A stretch of 64,000 nt of DNA from Novakomyces olei (Eukaryota): positions 1,054,001-1,118,000 of the forward strand of contig JADEYG010000002.1 in NCBI GenBank assembly GCA_016906335.1, given 5' to 3'. This document shows positions 1-12,557 of the stretch, piece after piece. A program made the translations under genes and the position numbers. The notes beneath the pieces are model-generated. The model saw only the letters and a program-made list of their open reading frames with translations. It was not told the origin of the DNA and searched no databases. How positions within the stretch are numbered: position 1 is the first letter of the stretch; each line of letters begins with the position of its first letter.

Positions 1-541
1 CAAAAAGCACGCGATCCCTTGGAAGTCACACCCATCTTTTCGCCATAGAAGCATTTGCACAGACTGTAAATTGAAATCAGTGTTGATTTAAAGCGAATCG
101 CTCGCTATTTTTTACTTTGTAATGTATCCAGTACGTATGAATAAGTGTATGCTTGTAATTATAGTCACGATTTTTGGGCATCTATACGGGTATCGAGTAA
201 AAGTTGGGCAAAGGCTGAATGCGGTTGCCATTTGACACGGAATATTTCAATTATGGCAAAGTAAAAATAGCCTTGTGCCAATTCAAAAATTATCTTATTC
301 CCAAAGATAAGAAATAACTCGGTTCAAATAGTAAATACAAAACTTTTAAAAATCAGAAAAATATGTTCAAAAACATAGCGTAGTTTGAAATAGCTTTAAA
401 GCCGGAACAATTTGCTATTCAATTTTCAAAATGCAAAAACCAACTGAAAACGTTTGGCTTCTATATAGTCACTAATGCTAGATGGCCACACACACCACGC
501 CGAGCCGTTCATGTAAACTTTCACAAATCAGCTCTCTCTTT

Positions 542-2222
542 TTATTCGAACCCGGCGTCTTCCAGCCCAATAGACCCATGGGTTTGGAAACGCTCTCCAA
601 TCAATCGGAGACGCACGAAATTGCTGCCACCTCCACTGGCCCCGAGCCATTCAGGACTAAACAAGCATTTCAGCAGTTTAACACCCTGCTGCCCATAGGT
701 TTGCACGAATTGTGGTCCTGCAATATCACAAAAAGTGGCGACCATCGCACACGTAGTTTGAGCAAGATCCTTACCCTTTGGATCAAGTATCATTTTAACG
801 GGCGAGTATCTGTTTGCCAGTCTTGCCATTAGTGTCCAACCGTGAGACATACCGTAAGGATTTTGGCCCGGGGCCGTTTGTACTATAGCTGCGTAAAGAG
901 CAAAAATACCACTCATTCTCTCCGTATAGTTTGCTCCGTCCTCCCATTTATTCTCGTTGCCCCCGCGTCGAAACCCGAGAGCTTTGCGTCCGGGTTCTGT
1001 GTCGGTAGAAAAGTCGGTTAAAGGTATGACCCAGGGACAGTTTTTCACTATACGTGCAATCAGCAAATCACATAAACGCGGATGCTGTTGCATTAAAAGC
1101 ACGCATACGGCGGCTAGGGGAAAGGCCGTTTTAGGTGCAACTGTGACTTCAGTTTCAGCTTGTTTAACAACCGCCTTGCACAGAAAATTAAGACACCAAG
1201 AAAAAGCCAGTTCCGATATGGATTGAGCTTCAGTCAAAACTTGATTTAAAGCAGCCGTGACCTGTTCAATTTGGTTGATCGACTGTGTCAGCTGACCTAT
1301 TCTTGGCGTAATTTTCCTCTTGAACGAAAAGCACTGTGTGCGTAATGCCTTGTCTTGAGAGACTGGCTCCAACACTTGGGTCTTGAGTCGGGAGATTATA
1401 TCCATATAGCCTCTGTATTCTCGAAGAGGCAGGCTCTTTGAAGAATCAGCAAGCTGCTTTTCTTCTTTTCTTTTGGCTTCTTCTTCAGCCTGCTTTTCAC
1501 GCTTTTGCCGTTCCAATTCTTGCCTTCTTGCTTCTTGCTGCCTTTGCATCTCCTTTTGTTGCTCCTCTCTCTGCTGCTCTTGGAGTGCCTGTTCCACTTT
1601 CCTTCTTTCCTCCTGCCTTTGCTTTTCTAACCTTTGTTCTTCCCGTAGCTTTTCCTCCCGCCGCTGTGCCTCGATACGCTGCAGCTCTTCCTGGCGCCTT
1701 CTCTCCTGCTCTATATGCAATCCAATGGCCGCGTCAATATGCTCCCACAACTTTGCTGGTTCCCATTCGTCATTAGCAGGCAGTGGCGTCTCTGGTAATA
1801 GCTCTCTAGTCTCCCTTACCGCCACTGCGTCTTCGTCCAGTAACCGGCTCTCCTGTGCCTTTTTACTTTGCACCCATTTGTCGATATTGTCTTGCACGGC
1901 CCGCCACTCTTGCCGTTTTTCTCGCAATGCGTCCTGCACGTTAGCCCACTAATACGTACTACACCCTCAAGGCCAGTCTTACCGACAAGCAATTTAAAGT
2001 CACACGTTCTTGCAGCTCTGCCAGATCTTGCACGTCAATTCTGGTCTGCGCAAAAGTGCCGCCGACGGGAAACTCGTCTTCTTCACTGTCCTCAAAGCTG
2101 TACACGCTCAGTGCTCCATCGTCCCACGCCTCGTCTGAGGAGGTAACGGCTTTGAGCGCTAATGGCGACAGTGCGCCATTGCTCCCGACGGGATTGAGAT
2201 CCCTGTACGGCGAAAACCGCAT
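542..2222 (-). CDS. GLE1: mRNA export factor Gle1, 2 exons
   Basis: Coiled-coil N-terminal half followed by a Gle1-like C-terminal domain (KRKITPRIGQLT, KAVVKQAETEV, YTERMSGIFALYAAI). Predicted intron 1934-1982 (GTAAGA..GCTAAC..CAG) joins ORFs 1959-2222 and 542-1939 in frame. Confidence 0.85.
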
Positions 2223-2287
2223 CGGCCGCGAAGAGCGGCAGACGCCAAAAGTGCCGCTGCTAGTAACGATCAGAGGCCCTGGCCGTG

Positions 2288-2400
2288 TATAAATATAAAT
2301 ATAAATATAAATATAAATATAAATATAAATATAAATATAAATATAAATATAAATATAAATATAAATATAAATATAAATATAAATATAAATATAAATATAA
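2288..2400. repeat. (TATAAA)n hexamer microsatellite, about 18-19 units
   Basis: Perfect tandem array in the divergent intergenic region between GLE1 and the G-patch gene. Confidence 0.95.
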
Positions 2401-2569
2401 TTTATTCATTGCCTGCCTCTATCTGTATTTATACCGTGCGGCGTTATGATAAAATAATACAGGGCAATGGAGTATACGTCTATACATTGCGCAGGAATAA
2501 TGTATGGGGATTAATGTATGGTACTAAACTAGTCACATTTATGTCATACCTCGAGGCAGCCACTAGTGC

Positions 2570-4736
2570 ATGAGCTTTGCCTTGAGCCTCTCCATGGCGA
2601 GCGGCAGACGGCCGACGTCGGCAGATCCGGGCTCAAGCGTTATATATGGTACGGCGTTACCGCCGCCGGACTCGCGGCGCGACAATGACGCGCTGGTGCC
2701 GATATGGAAGCAGGAAGTGAGAGACGAAAGGGGTCGCAAAAGGCTTCATGGCGCATTTACGGGCGGGTTTAGTGCTGGATTTTTCAATACTGTAGGCTCT
2801 CGTGAAGGGTGGGTGCCGGCCGCGTTTAAAAGCTCGCGCACTGACCGGCAAAAGACGGCACAGCGATCAGTAGAGGACTTTATGGACGAAGAGGACTTTG
2901 CTGAGCGAGATGAGGAACGCGCTCGCCGAATGCTTTCGAGCGAAGCAAATTTACGGGAGCAGGAAGAGATTGAAAAGCGGGAGTGGGGGCTTTTGCACGA
3001 GTTTCTTCCACAAAAAGAGAACTGGGGCATAAAGATTATGGTACATATGGGCTGGCGTGAAGGCCAGGGTATCGGCCCGCGACGTGCTCGCAAGGATATG
3101 GCAGAGTTTGCTGGAGACCGTACCTTTGCTCCCACTGATAACAAAGCCTTTGAAGGTACGATAAAGTCGGACCGACATGGACTGGGATACAATAAGGAGT
3201 CGGAATCGGAGTCTTCGTCGCTCCTCAAGTCGGCTAACGAAGACTCGCCAATGGCTTCCAGCAAGGGCATAGCACGCGCTTCTTTGGCAGAAAGGGGCAG
3301 ACCTTTTGGCGGTATTCGTGGCTCAATTGGTATGGGCGTGTTGAATGACGACGGGGAGGATGACGAAGATCCGTATGATTTGGGGCCGCCAAAAGTACGG
3401 TACGACCGGTCGCTTTTAGCACACGGCCACCCGTCTTCCAAACCAAAGCCGCCTTCAGTACAGCACAGGCATGCTTTTGTTTCTAAAAAGGCGGCCAATG
3501 GGAGCACGGCTCAACCAGTGACTTTGGCCAGGGCCAATGCTTCGTCTGGTCGTATCGCTTACTGTCATGATGGTAAACTGCCACCAGCTGGATGGATCTT
3601 GGGTAAGCCGGAGCTCTCTCAAGAGCAGATAAGGTTTCCGCGGCCAGACGTACCCCCTGATTTCATACCAACACCGCCATCGTCAAGCAGGAATGGTGCT
3701 TCAGAAGCTCAGCAGACTTTTAGCCACAGGGAACGGGCTGCGCTTTTGGGGGAAGCACCGTTAAAGGGCAAATCAGTATTTGATTACCTTTCTAAAGAGC
3801 AGAGGGACAAGATTGCAAATGCCACAGGACGAAAGGATTTACCAGACGCTAAAGATGAGCTGCAAAGCTCGTTAGACCTGCGGACTAGATTGTTGAAGAA
3901 CTATGGTCTACAGCTATCAAGTGAAGCGGCCAAGGCAGTTTTACAGCGAAATTATTTGCCTTATGATAATGACGCTAAAAACAAAAGGTTTCGTGTTTTT
4001 TTAGAGTTTTTTGCCATGCTTGGTCCGCAAGATCTTGACCGGGAAGGCATATCACACGAAGAATGGGTACGGGAGCTTCATGAATTCGTACGTGTTGCAG
4101 AAATGTTTAGACCCGTTTCTGGTCTCATGCGCTCAAAATTTACTTCGTCTTCCAGCTCGAAACAGGACCTGGAAGAGCCGCCGTCGGTGGAAAGTAATGT
4201 ATGTCATGCTCCTTTTTTCCACCTCTCCATTTTCCTTTTTTTCCTTTTATTCAAATTTAATTTTAGGGAGTTTTCAAGTATTTATAACATTTGCCCTTTT
4301 CCTTTAATTTGCAGAATGTGTTGCTTATTGTCTACAGAGAGATCCTGCAGTTATTGCAGCGCAAGCTGGGTTGTATGGTCATTTGACACGGACTATAACC
4401 CCATTCTTCGCACATCGTCTATTATGCAAAAGGTTTAATGTAAAACCAATAAAAAGGGCTGATAACGATTCTGATATGAAGTCTGAAGATTACAATTCAC
4501 AGTCGTCTCAGACCGCAAAGGTACCGGAGCTAGTCTCGCACGCATCAATGGCTCAATTGCTGGATATTGTGCATAAAGAGGAAGATGCTGCAAGTGATTC
4601 AGCACCTAGCGAGAAGAAAGATAAAATAGACGAGGAGGTGTCACTACCAAAGACTGAGGCGGATAAAGTGTTTGAGCGTCCATCAATATCTGTATTTCAA
4701 AGCATTTTCGGCAATGACGATAGCGATGAAGAATAA
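2570..4736 (+). CDS. G-patch domain protein 1-like (DUF1604 + G-patch), 2 exons; start at 2570 or 2594
   Basis: EVRDERGRKRLHGAFTGGFSAGFFNTVGSREGW (DUF1604-like), G-patch GIKIMVHMGWREGQGIG, and C-terminal YGHLTR..RLLCKRFNV. Predicted intron 4199-4337 joins the two ORFs in frame. Confidence 0.85.
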
Positions 4737-4894
4737 TAGAATATATTTTATTAAGTATCTAATTCTACTGGGGAATCAGAAATCACATTCCAATATGATT
4801 TTTTTCGAAAACCGCTGGTATATCAGCGGTGGAAAGAAGAAAGACTTATAAAGTATGGCGAGTGGGGTGTTTTTTGTTCAAAGAGTCGAGATTT

Positions 4895-7800
4895 CTAGGA
4901 CTTTTTCAAGCCTACAAGGTTCTTGATTTTGTCTCCGATATGCCGGAACTATACTTTGGTCAGCAAGAATAATAAAATCGATTGTGAACTCATTACCCCT
5001 CTCCTCTTAGATGAAGACTCACTTGTGGACTCCTTTGAAGCTTTGGCAAACGCTTGCTCTTTGAACATTTGAAATTTTTGCATGAGGCTGTCGAAGCTTT
5101 TCCCCGTGGTGTCTGATATCTTCTGCAACTCTTCATGAACAGCCTTCTCCATTCCAGGACTGAGCTCTTGCTTTTTATTTTTGTTTTGTGAAGCAGAATT
5201 CTGCTTCTCATCTTTGGATTTCGAAGATTTCGATGAAACAATATTTTTAATCTTCTTTCTGGCGCTGCTATCATGGCTCGTTGAGTTTTCAGAAGAATCT
5301 GTACTGTCTATAGCAGAGGTTCTGCGTTTAGCCGATTGCGATTGGTCCTTTGATTTATCTTTGTTCAAAGGACTTGAAGGAGTATCACCTTTACCACCAG
5401 CGTTTGCATTCATATCTTTATCCAAATACTCTGAGTCCTTACCCTTGGCTTTATCGGAATCCTGTGCTTTGTCGTTGTTTTCTTTTGAAGGATCTTTTAC
5501 ATGATCCACAGAAATCTCCGCCGCTTCGGATTGCTTGCCACAAGTCTCACTGTCCTTGGTTGCATCATTTACAGGGTTTTCAGGAGCATTGTTTGATACC
5601 TCTTGCGTTGTTTCTGCTACTGCATCTTTCGCTTTGGCAGCTTTATCGGTCGCTCCATCTGCTGCTGCTGCTACAGCCCCCTCATCTGCCGGATTTTTGG
5701 TAGTTTCAGCAAAATCATCTAACATACCATTGGCCTTGGCTACTACAGCGTCCTTCGCCTCAGAGGCCTTTTCAGTGGCCTTTTCCGCTGCTGTAGTCGC
5801 TTGATCTTTTATGGCCTCTTTAGTTTCTGATGCTTTTTCTGCCATTTTATCACCAGCTGTTCCTGCTTTACTCCCGATATTTTCGGCCGCCTCTTCCGCT
5901 TTGTCCGCTGTACATTTAGCGATCTCCTGAGCTTTTGTAGCCGCTTCATCTACTTTATCTGCCAAAGTATCTTTGGCCTCTGAGACTTTATCTCCGGCAT
6001 TATCAGACACTGATTCAGTTTTATCAACTGCGTCTTTTGCTGCTTGTGCAGTTTTATCAGCCGTTGATTCAGCTTTGTCAACAGTGTCTTTGGCTGTGTT
6101 TTTTGCTGTGTCTTCAACACCCTTGGCTGCGTTGTCTGCTTTAATAGCAGAAGTGTCCTTAGCCTTGGGCGCTTTTTCTGAAGCACTATCGCCAACTGAC
6201 TCGGGGTTCTCTGCAGTATTATCGGCGGACTCTTCAGCTTTACCAGATGTATCGTTTACTGTCTCCTCGGCGTTTTCGGCAATGTTGTTCGCAGCCTCTC
6301 CGGCTTTGTCTGCCACTGATTCAGCTTTGTCTTTTGCATTATAGTCTTTGGAGTTTTCAGCAGCAGATTCGCCTTTTTCTTCGGCTTTTGCAACAGTTTC
6401 TCTATCATTTTGGGCTAACGCGTCCTTTGCTTCAGAAGCTTTACCGGCCGTCTTATCGGTAATCGACTCTGTAGTCTCTGCAGCATCTTTGACTGCTTCG
6501 TTGCCCTTATCGCCGGTAGATTCAGCCTTGTCTTTGATATCATTCACTGCGTCTTTGGCCTTATCAGCTAAAGTGTCTTTTGCTTCAGAGGCTTTATCGG
6601 CCATCTTATCGGCAGCTTTCTCTGTAGTCTCTGCAGCATCGTTAATTACCTCGTTGCCTTTATCGGCTAAAGCGTCTTTTGCTTCAGAAGCTTTGTCGGT
6701 CATCTTATTGGTAGTCTCAGCAGCATCGTCAATTACCTCCTTGCCCTTATCGGCTAAAGCGTCTTTTGCTTCAGAAGCTTTGTCGGCCATTTTATCGGCA
6801 GCTGACTCTGTAGTCTCTGCAGCATCGTCAATTACCTCCTTGCCCTTATCGGCTAAAGCGTCTTTTGCTTCAGAAGCTTTGCCGGCCGTCTTATCCGCGA
6901 TTGACTCTGTAGTCTCTGCAGCATCATTCACTGCGTCGTTGCCCTTATTGGCTAAAGCGTCTTTTGCTTCAGAGGCTTTGTTGGCCATTTTATCGGCAGC
7001 TGACTCTGTAGTCTCTGCAGCATCGTCAATTACCTCCTTGCCCTTATCGGCTAAAGCGTCTTTTGCTTCAGAAGCTTTGCCGGCCGTCTTATCCGCGATT
7101 GACTCTGTAGTCTCTGCAGCATCATTCACTGCGTCGTTGCCCTTATTGGCTAAAGCGTCTTTTGCTTCAGAGGCTTTGTCGGCCATTTTATCGGCAGCTG
7201 ACTCTGTAGTCTCTGCAGCATCACTAACTGCGTCGTTGCCCTTATCGGCTAAGGCGTCTTTTGCTTCAGAGGCTTTATCTTCCATTTTATCGGCAGCTGA
7301 CTCTGTAGTCTCTGCAGCATCGTCAATTACCTCCTTGCCCTTATCGGCTAAAGCGTCTTTTGCTTCAGAAGCTTTTCCGGCCGTCTTATCCGCGATTGAC
7401 TCTGTAGTCTCTGCAGCATCATTCACTGCGTCGTTGCCCTTATTGGCTAAAGCGTCTTTTGCTTCAGAGGCTTTGTCGGCCATTTTATCGGCAGCTGACT
7501 CTGTAGTCTCTGCAGCATCACTAACTGCGTCGTTGCCCTTATCGGCTAAGGCGTCTTTTGCTTCAGAGGCTTTATCTTCCATTTTATCGGCAGCTGACTC
7601 TGTAGTCTCTACATCATCTTTAACTGCTTCGTTGGCCTTATCGCCGGTAGATTCAGCCTTGTCTTTGATATCATTCACTGCGTCTTTAGCCTTATCGGCT
7701 AAAGCGTCTTTTGCTTCAGAAGCTTTGTCGGTTAATTTCTCATTGGCTGATGTGGCATTATCAGCAGAATCTTTATCTGCATTGTCTGCTATATCTTCCG

Positions 7801-8727
7801 GTTGTCCTCTGTCCTCATCCGTCGTCTTGGCTCCGTCTTTTACGTTAGGCCATTCTCTACTTTTTGGTGTGTTCTCTGAGTCGGCTGGATTCATAAGAGC
7901 TGGTTCTGGCCTGTTCTCTTCCTTTTCTTTTTCAGAGGCATTATCTTCATCTGGCAGTTCCTTATTTGCATCGTCTCCTTTGCCTTTAACATCAACGGGT
8001 CGTCCATTATTTGTTTCAAGCGGCATTTCCTGTACTTTTTCCGACTTTACAGTGTCCTCTTCTTTTGGTGGAGACTGGTTGACTGCCGATTCCATTGGAG
8101 AGTTTTCATCAAAAATGCTTTTATCCAAAGTGTCAGTATCCTTTGCAGAATTTTCTTTATTTTCCGCGTCATTGACATCAGCTTTCCGTCCAGTGTCTGA
8201 TAATTCTTTCTCTGCATCTCGAGTAGTAGGATTAGCAGTTTGGGCTGCTGGCTCAGGCTTGGCGCCTTTCTCAGTGCTTTTTTTTGTACTGGCGCTTGTA
8301 GCACTTTGCTGGGCTGGAGGCTCGTTTTTATCTTGATTTTCGTTCTCAGTCTTTCTCACGAAATCATCGAGCTTCTTTAGAAAATCCTTGGGCGACTTGT
8401 TCATCTTTTTGGCTTTTTCTTTTAGTTTCTTTCTTGCAATGGCCTCCACGTTTCGGAAGCTGTTTTTCGTGGCATCGTTATCGCCACCGCCCTTGAATCT
8501 GCTGCCTGCTTGTTCGGAAATAGTGTCCACGCCTGAACCTATCGCGGACTCGATACCATCAACGGTGTCTTGAATCTTCCTCGAAGCTGCTTCAAAGGCC
8601 TCATTGGCCTTATCCACTCCTTTTTCAATCGAGACTTTTACATTGGTTTGTCAGCCCAAATAAACCAACATAAAATCAAGCGAAAGCAGTGAAGTGCAAA
8701 AAGCTATAACATCAACTTACCTGACAT
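4895..8727 (-). CDS. Large hydrophilic LEA-like / stress protein with 33-aa tandem repeats, 3 exons predicted
   Basis: 1222-aa A/D/E/K/T-rich ORF. Predicted micro first exon ATG TCA G (8727-8721) with intron 8635-8720, and a last intron ending at 4949 that gives the C-terminus FRHIGDKIKNLVGLKKS*. The LEA-like label rests on composition and 11-mer periodicity only. Confidence 0.65.
6410..7730 (-). repeat. Coding 99-bp (33-aa) tandem repeat, about 13 units
   Basis: Recurrent DKASEAKDALADKGxxxxxDAAETTESxADKM unit; 13 ASEAKD occurrences counted in the core. Confidence 0.9.
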
Positions 8728-9794
8728 CCTCACGGTTGCATCAAGATATTACATAAATATATATAAAGGTGTATACTCTGCGCGTCTTGTTTCCACAGAC
8801 GGACTCGCGTCTTCAAATATGCAAGCCTTCAAGAAACAATGGTTTTGTAAGTGGCAAGCGTAGATTGTTTTGTTTACATATCCAAACATAATGTATCCAA
8901 TTTGTTCGCGCATGTAGTGTGGGAAAAGAAACTCGTCACTTTGGCCAATTGGTGTATGTCAATTATGGTACGTAATGTGAAATTTGTGGTCACGCGCACC
9001 TTAACCATGTGAGCACTATGAAATAAAATAGAAGAATTGAAAGGTATCAGAGATTAAAGGCCAAGGTATTTGCACTAGCGCTAAAGATGCCTGGCATAAA
9101 TATGAGCTGTAAATGTATTATACCGGTAGATTAATTTGGCTCGTTATCAACTACTTATGAGACACCAATGAAAAATGCCTGATCTGTTTTGGGCCGATAT
9201 TTGAAAAAAGCCTTTAAGCACTGCACAGGAGTAAGACTGTCCACCAGTAACCAATTGCCGAGACAATTAGTTCGCTGCGAGCTCTTAACCTTGCGTAATA
9301 CAATGCTATATATTTACTTTCCTCAAAAACAGTGCGCAAATAATCAGTGCCAGACTTGGCATCACATCCACTCATAAACTGACATTGACACGTATTGACT
9401 TTGCAAAAGTATCTGGTCAATATCGGCACAATGAGCTTATCTGCCTCGCGACTCTATAGTTAAACATGTTGCTCAAGATATATATTTTATATGACCTCTG
9501 TGATTTTAAGAATGATACTCCATATTAAACCCGCCGACTAGCATTACTTAATACTGGCTCGTACAAATTACTCACTTTATACATACGAGAATTACGCAAT
9601 CAATGCGTTTGAAAAACGTAGGTCGAAACGCATAAATATGCGGTTAAAATGAATAAACAATATTTAATTGATGACGCACTATGAAACTGTTTAGGGTTAT
9701 GGTTAGTTTATTTAATATAGCGGCAAACTTTTATTTCCTCGGACCCAACAAGGCCGCCGTATCAAAGCTTTGTAAATAGTCTTGATCGGTGATT

Positions 9795-11715
9795 ATGGCA
9801 GTTTTTTCGGGTATTATGCGTCTTGGCGCAGTGCGCAGTACAACTGCCTGTGCTTCCCGAGCAGCACTTAGCAGCAAAAGCTCTACGGCCTTCAGAACAG
9901 CGCGGCCCTATGCGTCTGCTTCAAACCGATCTAACGCGGTAGTGCATGAAGCACGGCCTGATCTCCCCGCCGATGCCTCTGCCGCCGCCATGGCAGTGAC
10001 ACAAGGTAGGGGTGTAATTGGCATAAGCCTTATATTAACTATCTAGCTCCTCTCCCCAAGGGCAACGTTCTTGAGAACGCAAGCCGGCCCATCTACCTCG
10101 ACATGCAGTCTACTACGCCTGTGGACCCGAGAGTATTGGATGCTATGTTGCCTTTTCTCACCAATATATACGGTAACCCGCACTCCCGTACTCATGCGTA
10201 CGGATGGGAGGCAGAAGAGGCGGTCGAGACAGCGAGAAAGGTACAGTTTTATCATTTATTATGGTTCCTATTCTTGTCATGGCCATTTGTGTCTTGATAC
10301 GCCCTTTTATTATAACCTTTTGTTCGAAACTTAGTGGGTTTTAATTCTCAAATTTTCATATTTTTGCGTAATTTTTAAGCCTATCGTTTTATCTGTGTCT
10401 TGTCGGTTTTGTTGGTCCATGGACATGCACTAATCGTTGTAGCACATTGCAGATCTGATAGGCGCTGATGCGAAAGAAATCATTTTCACTTCTGGTGCTA
10501 CAGAAACCAATAATATGGCTATCAAGGGCATCGCGCGATTCTACAAGTCTAAAAAGAAGCATGTTATTACCACGCAAACGGAGCACAAGTGCGTATTGGA
10601 CTCGTGCCGAATGCTACAAGAAGAAGGATTCGATGTCACGTATTTGCCTGTACAACATAACGGACTCATCGATCTCAAACAGCTGGAGGAAGCAATCCGG
10701 CCAGATACCAGTCTTGTTTCCGTCATGACTGTGAATAATGAAATTGGTGTTATTCAGCCTATCGATGAGATTGGCGCTCTATGTCGCAAGCACAAAATCT
10801 TCTTCCATACTGATGGCGCTCAAGCTGTGGGTAAAATTCCGCTTGATGTTAACAAATCGAATATCGATATGATGAGCATTTCCGCACATAAACTGTACGC
10901 TCCAAAGGGAATTGGGGCTGCTTATATTCGTCGTCGGCCGCGTGTCCGGGTTGAGCCTTTGATTAGTGGAGGTGGACAGGAGCGGGGTCTGCGCAGTGGA
11001 ACTTTGTCCACTCCTCTTGTAGTGGCTTTTGGCGAAGCCGCCAGGATTGCCAAGGCAGAACTCGAGGTATGATTCAAATATTCTGTTGTGCTTGTATCTT
11101 TAAATAATTGCACATTCAGCTCCTTTTACTAAACAGCTTCCATGCGCTTGTCTATGATTTGAACTATAATATATCCAACGCTTATTATGAACTTTGTATC
11201 TCTTTTGAGATTTTCAGCCTTGATTATATATCTGCTATGAGACAAAGCTGGAGAGCTGCAGGATTCTGTTTTACCAAAACTAACACATACAGTATGATCA
11301 TGCTTATATCTCAAAGCTAAGTAAACGCCTCATTGACGGTCTGGCTGGAATCCCAGAAATAGACGTGAACGGAGACAAATTACATCATTACCCTGGCTGT
11401 GTGAATATTTCATTCAAGTATATAGAGGGCGAGTCGCTGCTGATGGCCTTGAAAGATATTGCGCTTTCGTCTGGCTCAGCTTGCACTTCAGCTTCTCTTG
11501 AACCTTCTTATGTTCTCAGGGCCATCGGGCAGAGTGACGAAAATGCACACTCAAGTATTCGCTTCGGATTAGGTCGATTTACAACGGAGCAAGAGGTGGA
11601 TTTTGTTGTGCAAACGGTGCGCAGCAAAGTAGATTTTCTGCGAGAGCTCTCGCCTCTTTGGGAATTGGTGCAAGATGGCGTTGATCTGAGTACGATTTCT
11701 TGGGCCCAGCATTAG
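9795..11715 (+). CDS. NFS1: Mitochondrial cysteine desulfurase, 4 exons
   Basis: Presequence-like N-terminus, [38 protein letters not shown] (PLP lysine), [17 protein letters not shown], and C-terminal SWAQH. Confidence 0.97.
11148..11245 (+). ncRNA. Candidate intronic box C/D snoRNA in the last NFS1 intron
   Basis: Terminal stem TTGTC/GACAA with outer stems CAGCTT/AAGCTG and CAGCTC/GAGCTG. Box C-like ATGATTT and box D-like ATGA. 12-nt antisense ATCCAACGCTTA to a conserved LSU rRNA stretch and 11-nt antisense TTTCAGCCTTG to a conserved SSU rRNA stretch (rRNA sequences recalled, not aligned). Confidence 0.55.
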
Positions 11716-12557
11716 CCAGAGGGATTATCTGATGACGGGGTCGTGAATATTTGTGGAGTACTTGCAATAATTTAATGATTAGTATACGCTCTCTTTTGTC
11801 CGTTATTAAAGCTGCTCGACTATTCTTACCGACCTACATTTATTCTCTCGTTTTACTGTCTGCTTGGCCTTATTATTCATGGTACAGTCCGCCTGTATTT
11901 GGGCTATCAGAATTGGAGTTTATGAATTTCGCAGGATTGTTTTATTTATACATGTATTTATTTATCTACGCTATAGGGAAGGGTGCAATGTGTAGAGCCC
12001 GTGTAAATCTTTCCAAGATTATATAAGCAAACCCAATCGCCGTGCAATGAAACAAGACAAATTCAATACTGTGCCGAGAGTGAGCGAATTTGCCAAAATC
12101 GATGAAATATTGATTCGAATCTCGCTTCTATTTCTAAAGAATTTTGGTATAGTTCATAATAATAATTCGTGTTGCAATAATTATAATCGTAATAATAATA
12201 ATTGTAGCAATTATTAATATAATTAATTACAACCACAAAAGCACCGACTGTAACTGAAAAACAGATACGCGGATAACGTTGAGCGGGGTAACCATTGTAT
12301 ACGGCAAAGTAGCAAATAAATAAATGCGTGCTCAATTTGATGCGTGGAAACGAATACAACAAGAATGCCAATTGACTAGATTTTTTGTTTAAATTTATTC
12401 GTATCGCAGAGTACCGTAATCGTCAATGCACGCATGATAATAATCGTAAAATGTAGTAATAGAAAACAGCGGATGCAATTAAATCAGCATTAACGCTCTC
12501 CCTCCCAATTTCCCTCCCGATTTCCCTCCCGATTTCCCTCCCGGTTTAAAGCCTTCA

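Noticed and set aside
6410-7730. CRISPR-like periodic array
   Set aside because: In-frame coding tandem repeat with no unique spacers, in a eukaryotic context.
6348-8336. 662-aa plus-strand ORF
   Set aside because: Antisense shadow of the repetitive LEA-like gene; low-complexity S/A/L sequence.
10241-10442. Second long NFS1 intron as an ncRNA host
   Set aside because: Only a weak terminal stem; no clear C/D or H/ACA boxes or guides.
12497-12543. Four copies of a 12-bp TTTCCCTCCCGA-like unit
   Set aside because: Short minisatellite with no supportable function.
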